Source of the DNA: an uncultured Clostridia bacterium
GTDB lineage: Bacteria; Bacillota; Clostridia; Christensenellales; UBA1242
NCBI GenBank assembly: GCA_944381145.1
Contig: CALWJZ010000002.1
Coordinates: 51,681 to 115,680 of the forward strand
Direction of reading: 5' to 3'
DNA length: 64,000 nt
Shown: positions 19,143 through 29,436 of the stretch, in pieces
How positions within the stretch are numbered: the first letter of the stretch is position 1
Layout: each line of letters begins with the position of its first letter
Notes under the pieces: generated by a model
Seen by the model: only the letters and a program-made list of their open reading frames with translations
Database searches by the model: none
Told to the model about the DNA's origin: nothing
Position numbers and translations under genes: made by a program

Positions 19143-19252
19143 TTTTTCCTCCTGCCAAATTAATTGGCAAATGTGGTATAAATGAAATGCATTACAAAAA
19201 TTTACATTTCTCCCACTATATTTTAAATGGATTAAACCATATAAAACCAAAA

Positions 19253-19957
19253 TTATATTTTTCTAACTTGTTCTAAGCCTAAATCTACTGGCGTATCTCT
19301 GCCAAACATTTCAACCATAACTCTACATTTTGCATTTTCTCTATCAACAGAAATAACTGTCCCAATAAAGCCATTTAGAGCACCGTCTAATACTTCAACT
19401 TTGTCATTTTCAACAATTGATACATCTACAACTGTATTTTTTTCAAGACGCATCTTACGTATTTCTTCTTCTGTCATAGGTAAAGGTCTACCTTTAGGTC
19501 CTACAAAACCAGTTATACCTCTAGTACGAGTTACAGCATGCCAAATATCATCACCATAAACCATTTTTACCATAATGTAACCTGGCATTACTTTCCTTGA
19601 TACAATTTTTTTCTTTCCATTTTTTTCTTCGACAACATCTTCCATTGGAATAACTATATCAAAAATTCTATTTTGGAGATTATATTTTTCTTTGACAATT
19701 TCCAAATTTTCTTTTGCAACATTTTCGTAACCAGAAAACGTATGTAAAACATACCACTTTGCACTTTCAATGTTGCTATCAACTTTTATTTCAGTTGTAT
19801 CATGAATAAGATTATCTGTAGCACCTACAGTAGAAGATATAGCATCAATTGCTTCTTCACTAACAGTACTTTCGATCACATCAGAAGTTATGTTTAAGCT
19901 ATCATCATTAGCCGATTGGTCTTCAAAATGTTCTTCTACAAATTCTTCGTTTTCCAC
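19253..19957 (-). CDS. nusG: Transcription termination/antitermination factor NusG with ~65-aa acidic N-terminal extension
   Basis: The NGN domain begins at aa 67 ([19 protein letters not shown]). KOW motif: [22 protein letters not shown] start at 19957, 9 nt after AAGGAG. There is no internal ATG before the NGN domain. Confidence 0.9.
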   Translation of the reverse strand: MENEEFVEEHFEDQSANDDSLNITSDVIESTVSEEAIDAISSTVGATDNLIHDTTEIKVDSNIESAKWYVLHTFSGYENVAKENLEIVKEKYNLQNRIFDIVIPMEDVVEEKNGKKKIVSRKVMPGYIMVKMVYGDDIWHAVTRTRGITGFVGPKGRPLPMTEEEIRKMRLEKNTVVDVSIVENDKVEVLDGALNGFIGTVISVDRENAKCRVMVEMFGRDTPVDLGLEQVRKI

Positions 19958-19982
19958 AAAAAACTACTCCTTATAATAGTTA

Positions 19983-20303
19983 TTAAGGCAATAATAAATC
20001 ATTAAATAAACTAAACAATCTATCAACACCAAAAAGCAATAGTGTACATATTGTTACGACAGCAATAACTACACATGTATTTTTGCAAACTTTACCAAAA
20101 GATGGTCTCGATACCTTTTTTAACTCACTCCAAACTTCAGATAATTTTTTCTTCAAAGATTTTTTATCTTTTTTTGGCTTTGATTTATCTTTTGATTTTT
20201 GTTTAGAATTATCTTGTTTAGTATTTTTCTTTGACTTAGATTTTTCGATATCTGGAGAAATAATTTCTACATTTTCTTCAGATTGAACTTTCTTTTTTGC
20301 CAT
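19983..20303 (-). CDS. secE: Preprotein translocase subunit SecE with Lys-rich N-terminal extension
   Basis: C-terminal SEVWSELKKVSRPSFGKVCKNTCVVIAVVTICTLLLFGVDRLF is the SecE TM core. The position between rpmG and nusG is canonical. ATG at 20303 (MAKKKVQ); the track start at 20309 is a TTG two codons upstream. Confidence 0.85.
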   Translation of the reverse strand: MAKKKVQSEENVEIISPDIEKSKSKKNTKQDNSKQKSKDKSKPKKDKKSLKKKLSEVWSELKKVSRPSFGKVCKNTCVVIAVVTICTLLLFGVDRLFSLFNDLLLP

Positions 20304-20329
20304 ATACAAACTTCCCTTGCAAATTTTAA

Positions 20330-20479
20330 TTATTTTGTTTCTTTATGAACAGTATGCTTTTTGCAGAACTTACAATATTTCTTTACTTCAATTCTATCTG
20401 GGTCATTCTTCTTATTTTTTTGACTATCGTAATTTCTTTGTTTACATTCTGTACAAGCAATAATTATATTATCTCTCAT
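20330..20479 (-). CDS. rpmG: 50S ribosomal protein L33 (49 aa; below the ORF-track cutoff)
   Basis: Hand translation of the minus strand gives [49 protein letters not shown]. It has AAGGAGA SD, a CxxC...CxxC zinc-ribbon L33 form, and the canonical position before secE. Confidence 0.92.
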   Translation of the reverse strand: MRDNIIIACTECKQRNYDSQKNKKNDPDRIEVKKYCKFCKKHTVHKETK

Positions 20480-20516
20480 AATAATTTCTCCTTGTGCGAC
20501 TTTGTTTAGCCTGTAA

Positions 20517-20546
20517 ATTTTAGCATAACAAGTAAAAGATTGTCAA
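20517..20546 (-). promoter_or_regulatory. Promoter of rpmG-secE-nusG-rplK-rplA (TTGACA-18-TGcTAAAAT)
   Basis: On the minus strand: TTGACA (20546-20541), 18-nt spacer ending in TGc, TAAAAT (20522-20517). About 30 nt upstream of the rpmG SD. Confidence 0.55.
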
Positions 20547-20833
20547 TATCTCAACAACAAAAAATAGAGCCGAAGATTTAATTACTCAACCCTACTTTTC
20601 TTATGCTAAATATAATATATAATATTTTTGACTAAAAATCAAGTATTTTTCATATAAAATAATAAATTTTTATATAACTACTCAGTAATATAAGAAAATT
20701 CACTAAAAATATAAATTAAAGTTAATGAATTATTGATTTTTTGATATTAAGTATTGTAATTATCGATAAATTATTTTTTGAACAATGATTTTAATTTGAT
20801 AATTATATTGTAATTTGTGAATAATTCCTATAC

Positions 20834-22849
20834 TTATAGAGTTTTATCAAATTCTATTTCACATACAATATTGTTTGTTGGTTGGAACATATCTTTACAA
20901 CCTTCAGAATCGTTGTGACCTATAACTTCGCCGATTGTTTTCGTCGTTTCACCATTAATCACGGCATTTAAATTGCTAACATTCTTTTCTTGGCGCTCTT
21001 GAACTCCTTGCTTAAAAGCATACTCAATATTTTCTTGGCTTACGTCTGAATCATCAAGTTTTTCGTCTTGGTCTCCAACATCTTCTTTTTGCATATTCGA
21101 AATCTGTTCTTCTTTTTTCTGTTCAACAAAATCTTGTTGTTTTTCAAAATAACTATATAATTCTCCAACATCTTTAACTCTTTCTTGAACTTGCTTTTCT
21201 ACTTCTGTTTCTACTATTTGCTCTAAATGATTGTCTTTTGTATTTTGTGAAGAAAAAATATTTGTATTTGATGAACCAGTTGCATTAGTAGAGCTTTCAT
21301 ATTCACTATTATTTTGATCTTGTTTTTTACTCAAAATTTCCTTATATTTTTCGTAAATACTTTTGTTAAGATTATCACTTGCTAGTCTATCTTTTTGTGT
21401 ATTTGTTTGAGTATTTGTTTTGGTTTCTTGTTGGATTTCTTGATTCGATTCTGAATCTGATTTTGAACTAATATCATCTTTGTTTTGATTCAAAATACTT
21501 TCATTTTTCATACTTTGGTTATTACTTTTAGTATTTGTAAAGTCATTAATTATAGAATGCGAACTTTCTGCATTTTTTGTATTTTCTAAAGAATTCTCGT
21601 CATTATGAGAACTTGTAGATTCTTTATGTTCGTCTAAAGAATGATTTTTACTGTCTAATTCAACTGTTTGTGCATTATTGACTTTAAATTCAAATTTATT
21701 TATATTTGGATTTTTTATGTTTTCTGCTTCATTTATTTTAATCGTTTCTTCTTTTGATTTTTCACTATCATATTTATCTTCACTACTTTCTTCTTTAGAA
21801 CTGCCATTATATTCTTGTCCAAAAATATTTTTATCCATATTTTGAGTCATAGTGATATCATTAATAATTTCAGTTTCTGGCTGAAAATTAATAATTTCTT
21901 TAATACCATCTTCTCCTGAATCGGTCCTTGAATTATTTTCTGAAAATTCAGTTTGTTCTAATGCATCATTCATTTGTTCTAATTTGGACCTATCATCTTT
22001 ATCTAGCAAATTCATAGCTTTTTGTTCAATATTGTCATTTAATTTATCAATACTACTGATAAATATGGACAAAGGTTGTTCTATTCTTTTATTAAATTCT
22101 TCTTCTTGACTCAAATATATATCTTTTGTACCAGAAACTTCTTCGATACAAGCATCTAATAGTTCATTTAAATCTTTGTAATTTTTGTTTTTAAGAAAAA
22201 TATTTTCTATTAATTGATATTTTTCATTAAATCTATTCAATACATCTTGGCTAAAATCATTGTCAAGTTTTGTCATAATAGATAATTTCGCAGTAAATAA
22301 TTTTCCATAAGCATCAAGCATTTTATCTTCAGATAATTTTTCTAATAGCAACATATAAGCCTTTTTTGCTAAAATATAACTATTGTCTAATTCTAAATCA
22401 TCTAGAGATTTCTTTTCTTGTCCAGAATCTTCATCATCTTCTACAATATTGAATTTTACATAAGAATTACTTAAAAAAGACTCAATTTTATCTGTATACT
22501 GAGCTAATTTTGTTTTTATTGTGTTTTGCAAATAGCCATTAATTTTATGAACATCTTCAAGAACAAACAAAGACGCTGTTGCCAAATTATCAACATCTCT
22601 AGTTTGATCGTAGTGCAATTCAAAACAAATTTCACCATACCCCATCAAATTGCCAAAACAAAACATAGAATTATCATAAGTGCTCTTCTTTACTTTTTTC
22701 AAAGAAATTAATTCATTTACAATTTGAGGAGCAATAACATAATTCCCATTATCATCATATGAGCCTAATAAATTATTTTCAATAATATCAAATTTCTCAG
22801 TAATGAAATTATCTTGAGTATTTTTCCTTGTGAATTTTTCATTTTCCAT
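20834..22849 (-). CDS. Hypothetical acidic protein with long S/N/E/K low-complexity region (671 aa)
   Basis: Intact 2-kb ORF with AGAGG SD and no signal peptide or TM. About 300 aa of ordered N-terminus, then about 270 aa of low complexity (ESSEDKYDSEKSKEE..., KTNTQTNTQK), then an acidic C-terminus. Confidence 0.6.
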   Translation of the reverse strand: MENEKFTRKNTQDNFITEKFDIIENNLLGSYDDNGNYVIAPQIVNELISLKKVKKSTYDNSMFCFGNLMGYGEICFELHYDQTRDVDNLATASLFVLEDVHKINGYLQNTIKTKLAQYTDKIESFLSNSYVKFNIVEDDEDSGQEKKSLDDLELDNSYILAKKAYMLLLEKLSEDKMLDAYGKLFTAKLSIMTKLDNDFSQDVLNRFNEKYQLIENIFLKNKNYKDLNELLDACIEEVSGTKDIYLSQEEEFNKRIEQPLSIFISSIDKLNDNIEQKAMNLLDKDDRSKLEQMNDALEQTEFSENNSRTDSGEDGIKEIINFQPETEIINDITMTQNMDKNIFGQEYNGSSKEESSEDKYDSEKSKEETIKINEAENIKNPNINKFEFKVNNAQTVELDSKNHSLDEHKESTSSHNDENSLENTKNAESSHSIINDFTNTKSNNQSMKNESILNQNKDDISSKSDSESNQEIQQETKTNTQTNTQKDRLASDNLNKSIYEKYKEILSKKQDQNNSEYESSTNATGSSNTNIFSSQNTKDNHLEQIVETEVEKQVQERVKDVGELYSYFEKQQDFVEQKKEEQISNMQKEDVGDQDEKLDDSDVSQENIEYAFKQGVQERQEKNVSNLNAVINGETTKTIGEVIGHNDSEGCKDMFQPTNNIVCEIEFDKTL

Positions 22850-22875
22850 AGAATATTACCTCTAAACTTTGAAGA

Positions 22876-22884
22876 ATTATATCA
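22876..22884 (-). promoter_or_regulatory. Extended -10 promoter (TGaTATAAT) for the 671-aa gene
   Basis: The reverse complement of attatatca is TGATATAAT, about 27 nt upstream of the ATG at 22849. It is the same 9-mer as the promoter at 4441-4449. Confidence 0.4.
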
Positions 22885-23047
22885 TATATGAACAAAAAAT
22901 AAAAACAAATAAAATTATAAAATAAAAAAATCATAAAATGTAATATATTTTAATTTCAAAAAATAATTAAATGAATTATTAATATGCATAATACTATTCA
23001 ATAATCGAAAAACTGCTAAATATCCTAATTATTTGAATATTTATTAT

Positions 23048-23081
23048 AAAAAAAGAAATCATAAATATGATTTCTTTTTTT
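23048..23081 (-). terminator. Rho-independent terminator of the str/tuf operon
   Basis: agaaatcat (23054-23062) pairs with atgatttct (23067-23075), with A/T-extended arms and a T-run on the minus strand. It begins 8 nt after the tuf stop. Confidence 0.75.
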
Positions 23082-23088
23082 TGTTCAA

Positions 23089-24291
23089 TTACTCAATAAT
23101 TGCACTAACTACACCAGAACCTACAGTTCTACCACCTTCACGAATAGCGAAACGTAAACCTTGTTCGATAGCGATAGGAGTGATTAATTTAATAGTCATT
23201 CTTACATTATCTCCAGGCATAACCATTTCAACACCTTCAGGAAGTTCGATAGTTCCTGTAACGTCAGTTGTTCTGAAATAGAATTGTGGTCTATATCCAT
23301 TGAAGAATGGAGTATGACGTCCACCTTCTTCTTTCTTCAATACGTATACTTCAGCAGTAAAGTGAGTATGAGGATGAATTGTACCAGGTTTAGCAAGAAC
23401 TTGTCCTCTTTCAATTTCATTTCTTTGAATACCTCTTAGAAGAAGACCTACGTTATCTCCTGCTTCTGCTTGATCAAGCATTTTACGGAACATTTCAACA
23501 CCAGTAATAACTGTTTGAAGTTTTGAACCCATACCTACAATTTCAACAGTGTCTCCAACTTTTACAGTACCTCTTTCTACTCTACCTGTAGCAACAGTAC
23601 CACGTCCAGTAATAGTAAATACATCTTCAACTGGCATTAAGAATGGTTTGTCAGTTTCTCTTTGTGGATCAGGAATATAATTATCAAGAGCTTCAATTAA
23701 TTCATTGATACATGCACATGCAGGATCATCAATTTTGCCCTCTTTAGCTGCTTCCAAAGCTTTTAGAGCTGAACCTTTGATAATTGGAGTTTTATCTCCA
23801 GGGAAACCGTATTCAGTTAACAAATCTCTGATTTCCATTTCAACTAATTCAAGTAATTCAGGATCATTTACTTGATCAGTTTTGTTCATAAATACAACAA
23901 TATATGGAACACCAACTTGTCTAGCAAGAAGAATGTGTTCTCTTGTTTGAGGCATTGGACCATCAGTTGCAGCAACTACAAGAATTGCTCCGTCCATTTG
24001 TGCAGCACCAGTAATCATATTTTTTACATAGTCTGCGTGTCCTGGACAGTCAACGTGTGCATAGTGTCTCTTTTCTGATTCATATTCAACGTGAGCAGTA
24101 TTGATAGTAATACCTCTCTGTCTCTCTTCTGGAGCTTTATCAATAGCACCATAATCCATTGCTAATGCTTTTCCTTGTGCAGCTAGTGTCATTGTAATAG
24201 CAGCAGTAAGAGTTGTTTTGCCGTGGTCAACGTGTCCAATTGTTCCAACGTTAACGTGTGGCTTAGTTCTTTCATATTTAGATTTTGCCAT
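23089..24291 (-). CDS. tuf: Elongation factor Tu
   Basis: [21 protein letters not shown] and SALKALE motifs; 400 aa, conserved end to end. Confidence 0.99.
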   Translation of the reverse strand: MAKSKYERTKPHVNVGTIGHVDHGKTTLTAAITMTLAAQGKALAMDYGAIDKAPEERQRGITINTAHVEYESEKRHYAHVDCPGHADYVKNMITGAAQMDGAILVVAATDGPMPQTREHILLARQVGVPYIVVFMNKTDQVNDPELLELVEMEIRDLLTEYGFPGDKTPIIKGSALKALEAAKEGKIDDPACACINELIEALDNYIPDPQRETDKPFLMPVEDVFTITGRGTVATGRVERGTVKVGDTVEIVGMGSKLQTVITGVEMFRKMLDQAEAGDNVGLLLRGIQRNEIERGQVLAKPGTIHPHTHFTAEVYVLKKEEGGRHTPFFNGYRPQFYFRTTDVTGTIELPEGVEMVMPGDNVRMTIKLITPIAIEQGLRFAIREGGRTVGSGVVSAIIE

Positions 24292-24326
24292 TTTTTAATA
24301 TCCTCCTAAATTTATTTAATTAAAAA

Positions 24327-26405
24327 TTAGCCTTTTTTATTTTCGCCAATAACTTTATCGGCAATATTTTTTGGAACCTCTAAATAATGTGAGAATTCCA
24401 TACTGAAAGTTCCACGACCTTGAGTAAGACCACGAAGATCTGTAGCATAACCAAACATCTCTCCAAGTGGTATCTCAGCGTGTATAACTTGAGTACCGTT
24501 ACGCAATTCAGTGCCACTTAGTACACCTCGACGACGAGTTATATTACCCATAACATCGCCAAGATAATCATCAGGTGTTTCAACTTCAACTTTCATAATA
24601 GGTTCAAGCAAAACAGGATCTGCTTTTCTTGCCCCTTCCTTGAAAGCTAAAGAACCAGCGATTTTATATGCCATTTCTGATGAGTCTACATCATGGTAAG
24701 ATCCATCAAAAAGCGTAACCATAAAGTCAACAGTTTCAAATCCAGCAAGAACACCATTTTGTTTTGCTTCTTGAATACCTGCATCGATTGCTGGAATATA
24801 TTCTTTTGGAATAGCTCCACCAACAATCTTGTTTTCAAATTTATAACCTTCTCCCGGTTGAAGTGGAGTAAGTTTAACCCAACAATGACCGTATTGTCCA
24901 CGACCACCTGATTGTTTAATATACTTACCTTCAACTTCTACCTCTTTTCTAATAGTTTCTCTATAAGCAACTTGAGGAGCACCAACATTGGCATCTACCT
25001 TAAATTCTCTTTTTAGTCTATCTACTATAATTTCAAGGTGAAGCTCACCCATTCCGGCAATAATTGTTTGACCAGTTTCTTGATCAGTATATGTTTTGAA
25101 AGTTGGATCCTCTTCAGCTAATTTTACAAGAGCCACAACCATTTTTTCTTGATCAGCTTTAGTTTTTGGCTCAATAGCAACACGAATTACAGGTTCAGGG
25201 AAATCCATGCTTTCCAAAATAATTGGTTTGTTTTCAGCACAAAGTGTATCACCAGTTGTTGTATCTTTTAATCCAACAAGTGCAATAATTTCACCTGCAT
25301 AAGCTTCTTCAATCTCTTCACGATGATTAGCATGCATTCTGATAATTCTACCAATTCTTTCTTTCTTATCTTTGCAGCTATTATAAACATAACTACCAGC
25401 AGTTAATACTCCAGAATAAATTCTAAAGAATGTAAGTCTACCAACATAAGGATCAGTCATAATCTTAAATGCTAAACCTGCAAAAGGCTCAGTATCTGAA
25501 CTATGTCTATCCTCTTCAATGTCACTATTTGGCTTAGTACCTTTAATAGCTTGGATGTCTGTAGGCGCTGGCATATAGTCAACAATAGCATCAAGCAATT
25601 TTTGAATACCTTTATTTTTAAAGGAAGTACCACATACTACAGGATTAATTTTCCCAGAAATAGTACCTATTCTTAATCCTTTTTTGATTTCATCAACAGT
25701 AAGATCTCCTGTTTCGAAATATTTTTCCATTAAGGCATCATCTTGTTCTGCAGCAATTTCCACAAGTTCAGATCTAAACTTATTAGCCTTGTCCAAATAT
25801 TCTGCAGGGATATCTGTTACATCAAATTTTGTACCTGTTTCGTCAAAATAAATTGTAGCATTCATTTCAACAAGGTCAATAATTCCTCTGAACTCGTCAG
25901 CTTCCCCTATTGGCAATTGAATAGCAACAGCATTTGCCTTCAATCTATTTTTCATGCTATCAATAACTTTCTCAAAATTGGCATCATTGATATCCATTTT
26001 GTTTACATAAGCCATTCTAGGAACATTATATTTATCAGCTAAACGCCAATTTGTTTCTGATTGTGCTTCAACACCCGCTCTAGCACTAAATACTGCAACA
26101 GCACCATCTAATACTTTCAAACTTCTATTAACTTCAACCGTAAAGTCAACGTGTCCTGGGGTATCAATAATATTAATTTGATGATCTTTCCACATACAAG
26201 TTGTAGCAGCACTAGTAATTGTAATACCTCTTTCTTGCTCCTGAGCCATCCAATCCATAGTTGCTTCACCTTCGTGAACTTCACCGATTTTGTGTGTTTT
26301 TCCTGTAAAGAATAGAATTCTTTCAGTTGTTGTTGTTTTTCCGGCATCAATGTGTGCCATAATTCCAACATTTCTTAATTTTTCTAGTGGTGTCTTTCTA
26401 GGCAT
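24327..26405 (-). CDS. fusA: Elongation factor G
   Basis: [23 protein letters not shown] and NKMD motifs; 692 aa; canonical position after rpsG. Confidence 0.99.
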   Translation of the reverse strand: MPRKTPLEKLRNVGIMAHIDAGKTTTTERILFFTGKTHKIGEVHEGEATMDWMAQEQERGITITSAATTCMWKDHQINIIDTPGHVDFTVEVNRSLKVLDGAVAVFSARAGVEAQSETNWRLADKYNVPRMAYVNKMDINDANFEKVIDSMKNRLKANAVAIQLPIGEADEFRGIIDLVEMNATIYFDETGTKFDVTDIPAEYLDKANKFRSELVEIAAEQDDALMEKYFETGDLTVDEIKKGLRIGTISGKINPVVCGTSFKNKGIQKLLDAIVDYMPAPTDIQAIKGTKPNSDIEEDRHSSDTEPFAGLAFKIMTDPYVGRLTFFRIYSGVLTAGSYVYNSCKDKKERIGRIIRMHANHREEIEEAYAGEIIALVGLKDTTTGDTLCAENKPIILESMDFPEPVIRVAIEPKTKADQEKMVVALVKLAEEDPTFKTYTDQETGQTIIAGMGELHLEIIVDRLKREFKVDANVGAPQVAYRETIRKEVEVEGKYIKQSGGRGQYGHCWVKLTPLQPGEGYKFENKIVGGAIPKEYIPAIDAGIQEAKQNGVLAGFETVDFMVTLFDGSYHDVDSSEMAYKIAGSLAFKEGARKADPVLLEPIMKVEVETPDDYLGDVMGNITRRRGVLSGTELRNGTQVIHAEIPLGEMFGYATDLRGLTQGRGTFSMEFSHYLEVPKNIADKVIGENKKG

Positions 26406-26423
26406 AACTCTATTCTCCTTAAA

Positions 26424-26894
26424 TTACCAACGATAATGAGCAAAAGCTTTATTGCTTTCAGCCATTTTGTGAGTATCGTCTTTCTTTTTGAATGCTCCAC
26501 CTGTACTATTGTAAGCATCCATAATTTCATTAGCAAGTTTTTCTTCCATGCTTTTTTCATTTCTTTTTCTTGCGTAAGTAACCAACCATCTAATTGCTAG
26601 TGTCTGTTGTCTAGCAGGACTAATTTCAATAGGTACTTGATAGTTACTACCACCAACACGTCTTGCTTTAGTCTCAAGCAATGGTTTAATATTTTCCAAT
26701 GCTTGCATAAAGTATTTATCAGGTTCTACGCTTAATTTATCTTTGATAATATCAAATGATCCGTACACAATTCCTTCAGCAATTGCCTTTTTTCCATCTA
26801 ACATAACTTGATTAATAAGCTTTGTTATAACCTTATTATTGTAGATGAAGTCTGGCAATACATCTCTTTTGCGTACACCTGCTCTTCTTGGCAT
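26424..26894 (-). CDS. rpsG: 30S ribosomal protein S7
   Basis: [15 protein letters not shown]...[12 protein letters not shown]...AHYRW is conserved S7 sequence. Confidence 0.98.
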   Translation of the reverse strand: MPRRAGVRKRDVLPDFIYNNKVITKLINQVMLDGKKAIAEGIVYGSFDIIKDKLSVEPDKYFMQALENIKPLLETKARRVGGSNYQVPIEISPARQQTLAIRWLVTYARKRNEKSMEEKLANEIMDAYNSTGGAFKKKDDTHKMAESNKAFAHYRW

Positions 26895-26944
26895 ATTATA
26901 TCTCCTTAAGTTAATTTTTCTTAACTAGTCAACGCTAGTATATA

Positions 26945-27316
26945 TTATTTACCTTTTTTTGTTCCGTATTTACTACGAGCTTGTTTTCTTTTTGCAACTC
27001 CGGCAGTATCAAGAGTACCTCTAATTACATGATAACGTACACCTGGCAAATCTCTAACTCTTCCACCACGAATAAGAACAACACTATGTTCCTGAAGATT
27101 ATGTCCTTCACCAGGTATATAAACAGTTCCTTCTTGTCCGTTTGAAAGTTTGACTCTACAAATTTTTCTCAAAGCAGAGTTTGGTTTTTTAGGAGATGTT
27201 GTTGTAACACTCAAACAAACCCCTCTTTTTTGAGGATTTTCGTCCATGATTGGAGTTTTAGACTTTTCATCAATTTGCTTTCTGCCCTGTTTTACTAATT
27301 GCGAAATTGTTGGCAT
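26945..27316 (-). CDS. rpsL: 30S ribosomal protein S12
   Basis: [12 protein letters not shown]...[10 protein letters not shown]...[13 protein letters not shown] is conserved S12 sequence. TAGGAGGA SD. Confidence 0.98.
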   Translation of the reverse strand: MPTISQLVKQGRKQIDEKSKTPIMDENPQKRGVCLSVTTTSPKKPNSALRKICRVKLSNGQEGTVYIPGEGHNLQEHSVVLIRGGRVRDLPGVRYHVIRGTLDTAGVAKRKQARSKYGTKKGK

Positions 27317-27515
27317 TTTATCCTCCTAAATATTTTTAGTAAATTTAAATTCAACCCAAAATAAATTTACATATAAACCTCCACTAAGCACAATAGCAAA
27401 ATGCTATGTATTGTAGTGTGGAGAAATTTTCAAATAAATAAAATCACACCCAAATTATTTACTTAAAAATTACTAAACGAACATATTTCGCTTAGTATAC
27501 TATAATACGTTATTA

Positions 27516-27544
27516 AGTTTAACAAAATAAAAAATCAATGTCAA
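27516..27544 (-). promoter_or_regulatory. Sigma-A-type promoter of rpsL-rpsG-fusA-tuf (TTGACA-17-TAAACT)
   Basis: On the minus strand: TTGACA (27544-27539), 17-nt spacer, TAAACT (27521-27516). This leaves a leader of about 190 nt. Confidence 0.5.
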
Positions 27545-27635
27545 CATTTTTTAATATTTTTATAATCAAATCTTAGCATTTTTTGTTTAAAATTTTATTA
27601 TTAAATAAATTTCATAACTATAAATAAAATAAATA

Positions 27636-27665
27636 TAAAATAAAAAAGAGATTGAAATCAATCTC
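27636..27665 (-). terminator. Rho-independent terminator after the HicB-like gene
   Basis: gagattg (27648-27654) pairs with caatctc (27659-27665). TTTTTTATTTT follows on the minus strand. It starts 6 nt after the stop. Confidence 0.6.
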
Positions 27666-27670
27666 CCACT

Positions 27671-27961
27671 CTACACAGCTTTGTTTTTGTCATTTAAAGT
27701 GCTTTCAACTAAAACACATAATTCCTTTGGATGTGTTTTTACAACAACATCAAAACTACTTGGCTCAGGAATATCACAATCAAATGCATATGCACACTCT
27801 AAATAAGAATCTAACATTTCTCTAGCATTGTTGTGAGCTTGTTCTACCGTTTCTCCACTAGTAACAAGTCCAATATCAAACATCGCTATAATATAACACT
27901 TTTCTTCATCGTCATAATAAAGCACAGCAGGATAAGTAAATTTTCTCATATTCACACTCAT
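27671..27961 (-). CDS. HicB-like (HicB_lk_antitox/UPF0150-type) small protein, no HicA partner
   Basis: FTYPAVLYYDDEEKCYIIAMFDIGLVTSGETVEQAHNNAREMLDSYLE...DIPEPSS follows the HicB N-domain pattern. The start may instead be the second ATG at 27949. Confidence 0.65.
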   Translation of the reverse strand: MSVNMRKFTYPAVLYYDDEEKCYIIAMFDIGLVTSGETVEQAHNNAREMLDSYLECAYAFDCDIPEPSSFDVVVKTHPKELCVLVESTLNDKNKAV

Positions 27962-27984
27962 ATCTATAATATAATTTCCTAATT

Positions 27985-28013
27985 AGTTTAACATAAAAAA
28001 CATATAATGTAAA
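27985..28013 (-). promoter_or_regulatory. Candidate promoter of the HicB-like gene (TTTACA-17-TAAACT)
   Basis: On the minus strand: TTTACA (28013-28008), 17-nt spacer, TAAACT (27990-27985), inside the 70-nt gap after the 332-aa gene. Confidence 0.4.
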
Positions 28014-28031
28014 ATTTTTAGTCCGTTTTTT

Positions 28032-29030
28032 TTAATTTTTTTTACTTTCAAGACTTTGAATTGAAATACTATATACATTCTGCAATCTTTTTCTGTTAAA
28101 AATTCTATATTTTTTACATGCAGATTCAAATAATATATACAATCTATCATTTTTAATCACAATCTCTTCTGACATTGATGGAGCATTTATTTCATTTAAT
28201 ATTGATTCATTATCTAGATACCACAAATCAAGTATATGTTTACCTAATATAAATTCACCATGTTTTTCTTCATTCAACACATCTTTATAATAGTATATAG
28301 CAGAATCAGAAATACTATACGAACATGATAAAACAAATTTACCTTCAGTTGTTACAGCTACACCTTGACACTTTTCTCTTAATGATAATGCTTTTTCTGG
28401 TGTTTTACTAAATAAACCATATGCCATAGATTCATCAATTTTGTATCCAAAAGCAAGCGCTGGGTTGACTTCACCACTTCTTGTTGTTAATTTATGAGAG
28501 TCTTTTGTTTCATACTTTCCTTGTTTATAAAATTCTCCTATCCATAAATATCCGTTATTCTCAAAAACAAAATCGGCACCATTGTTCGTAGCAAAACTAT
28601 CTAATATAGATACTTTTCCTGCATTTTTTACATTATTAACATCAGATAAATGAAATCTTGAGCAATATCCGTCACCAACAATCCAAATGGTACCACCTTT
28701 TGAAATAATCCCACCAGCATGTCCTTTATAATCTATATTTTCTTGTGTTAAAGTAAAATATTTTTCAATCTTATTATTCGATATTACATAAACTCTAGAA
28801 GGAGTGTTGTCTGACATATATCCACTAATTAAATATCTATCTTGACCATCTATTATCGACATTCCTTGTGGGACAAAATTTGTATCAAGGCCTGGAATTA
28901 AAAACTCTTTGCTTGCAATATCAAAAAAATATTTATTCCATGGCCAACAATAATAAATACACAAAAAAAGCATTAAAATCACTAAAAAAATACTAAAGCT
29001 TATAGTAAAAATTTTCAATGGTTTTGACAT
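28032..29030 (-). CDS. N-terminally membrane-anchored extracytoplasmic protein (332 aa), beta-rich, unknown family
   Basis: TM/signal anchor IFTISFSIFLVILMLFLCIYYCW. The remainder has strand-rich repeats (YLISGYMSD, GTIWIVGDG, GYLWIGEF, KFVLSCSYS) suggesting a propeller-like fold. AAGGAGA SD. Confidence 0.6.
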   Translation of the reverse strand: MSKPLKIFTISFSIFLVILMLFLCIYYCWPWNKYFFDIASKEFLIPGLDTNFVPQGMSIIDGQDRYLISGYMSDNTPSRVYVISNNKIEKYFTLTQENIDYKGHAGGIISKGGTIWIVGDGYCSRFHLSDVNNVKNAGKVSILDSFATNNGADFVFENNGYLWIGEFYKQGKYETKDSHKLTTRSGEVNPALAFGYKIDESMAYGLFSKTPEKALSLREKCQGVAVTTEGKFVLSCSYSISDSAIYYYKDVLNEEKHGEFILGKHILDLWYLDNESILNEINAPSMSEEIVIKNDRLYILFESACKKYRIFNRKRLQNVYSISIQSLESKKN

Positions 29031-29051
29031 AGAATTATCTCCTTAATTATA

Positions 29052-29080
29052 AATTTAGCACATAATTTCACAAATCGCAA
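29052..29080 (-). promoter_or_regulatory. Candidate promoter of the 332-aa gene (TTGCGA-17-TGcTAAATT)
   Basis: On the minus strand: TTGCGA (29080-29075), 17-nt spacer ending in TGc, TAAATT (29057-29052). The resulting leader is very short. Confidence 0.35.
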
Positions 29081-29085
29081 ATAAA

Positions 29086-29131
29086 TAAAAAAAAATTGAA
29101 AGATTAAATCATTGTTTAGATTTAACCTTTC
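29086..29131 (-). terminator. Rho-independent terminator after the 98-aa gene
   Basis: 13-bp stem (1 mismatch) 29098-29110 / 29119-29131 with an 8-nt loop. T9 follows on the minus strand (plus A-run 29087-29095). Confidence 0.6.
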
Positions 29132-29139
29132 GAACAATC

Positions 29140-29436
29140 CTACAATCCTTGAACAAGATTAGTTTCTGCCTCTACAAAATCAGTTTCTTTTGTTTGCTTA
29201 ACTAAATCTCTATTTTCTAAATATTTTTTAATAGAGTTTGCATGCGCAATAGTTTTGCATCTAAGAATTCCACTTTCATCAACATACAAATTAATTCCTG
29301 CATTTTCTAACTTAACTGAACTTGGAACTACAGGAGTACTTTGAATTTTGTTTTCCTCATTAGTACAATTAAGTAAATTATAAGTTTTTTGCAAATTTTC
29401 TCTATAATTTTCCATTTCATTAATTGTTTGGTCCAT
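29140..29436 (-). CDS. Hypothetical small protein (98 aa)
   Basis: ORF with AAGGAGAAA SD, its own promoter and its own terminator. No recognised motif. Confidence 0.5.
   Translation of the reverse strand: MDQTINEMENYRENLQKTYNLLNCTNEENKIQSTPVVPSSVKLENAGINLYVDESGILRCKTIAHANSIKKYLENRDLVKQTKETDFVEAETNLVQGL

Noticed and set aside
19143-19250. 36-codon N-terminal extension of rplK in the track ORF; possible L1/L11-type leader in the nusG-rplK spacer (GGGAG box, gccaa/ttggc hairpin at 19154-19168)
   Set aside because: The extension has no homology to L11 and precedes a perfect GGAGGA-7-ATG start. The leader idea may be right, but I cannot match it to a known L1-binding structure by eye, so it is not reported as a feature.
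24686-26371. Alternative-frame minus-strand ORFs inside fusA (24686-24934, 26117-26371); similarly 33666-33857 in rpoB, 41914-42096 in the giant gene and 63469-63675 in the paralogue
   Set aside because: They overlap highly conserved or clearly coding frames and have no independent start context or recognisable sequence.
27671-27961. HicAB toxin-antitoxin module
   Set aside because: Only the HicB-like fold is present. No HicA-size ORF exists in the 70-nt upstream gap or downstream before the terminator.
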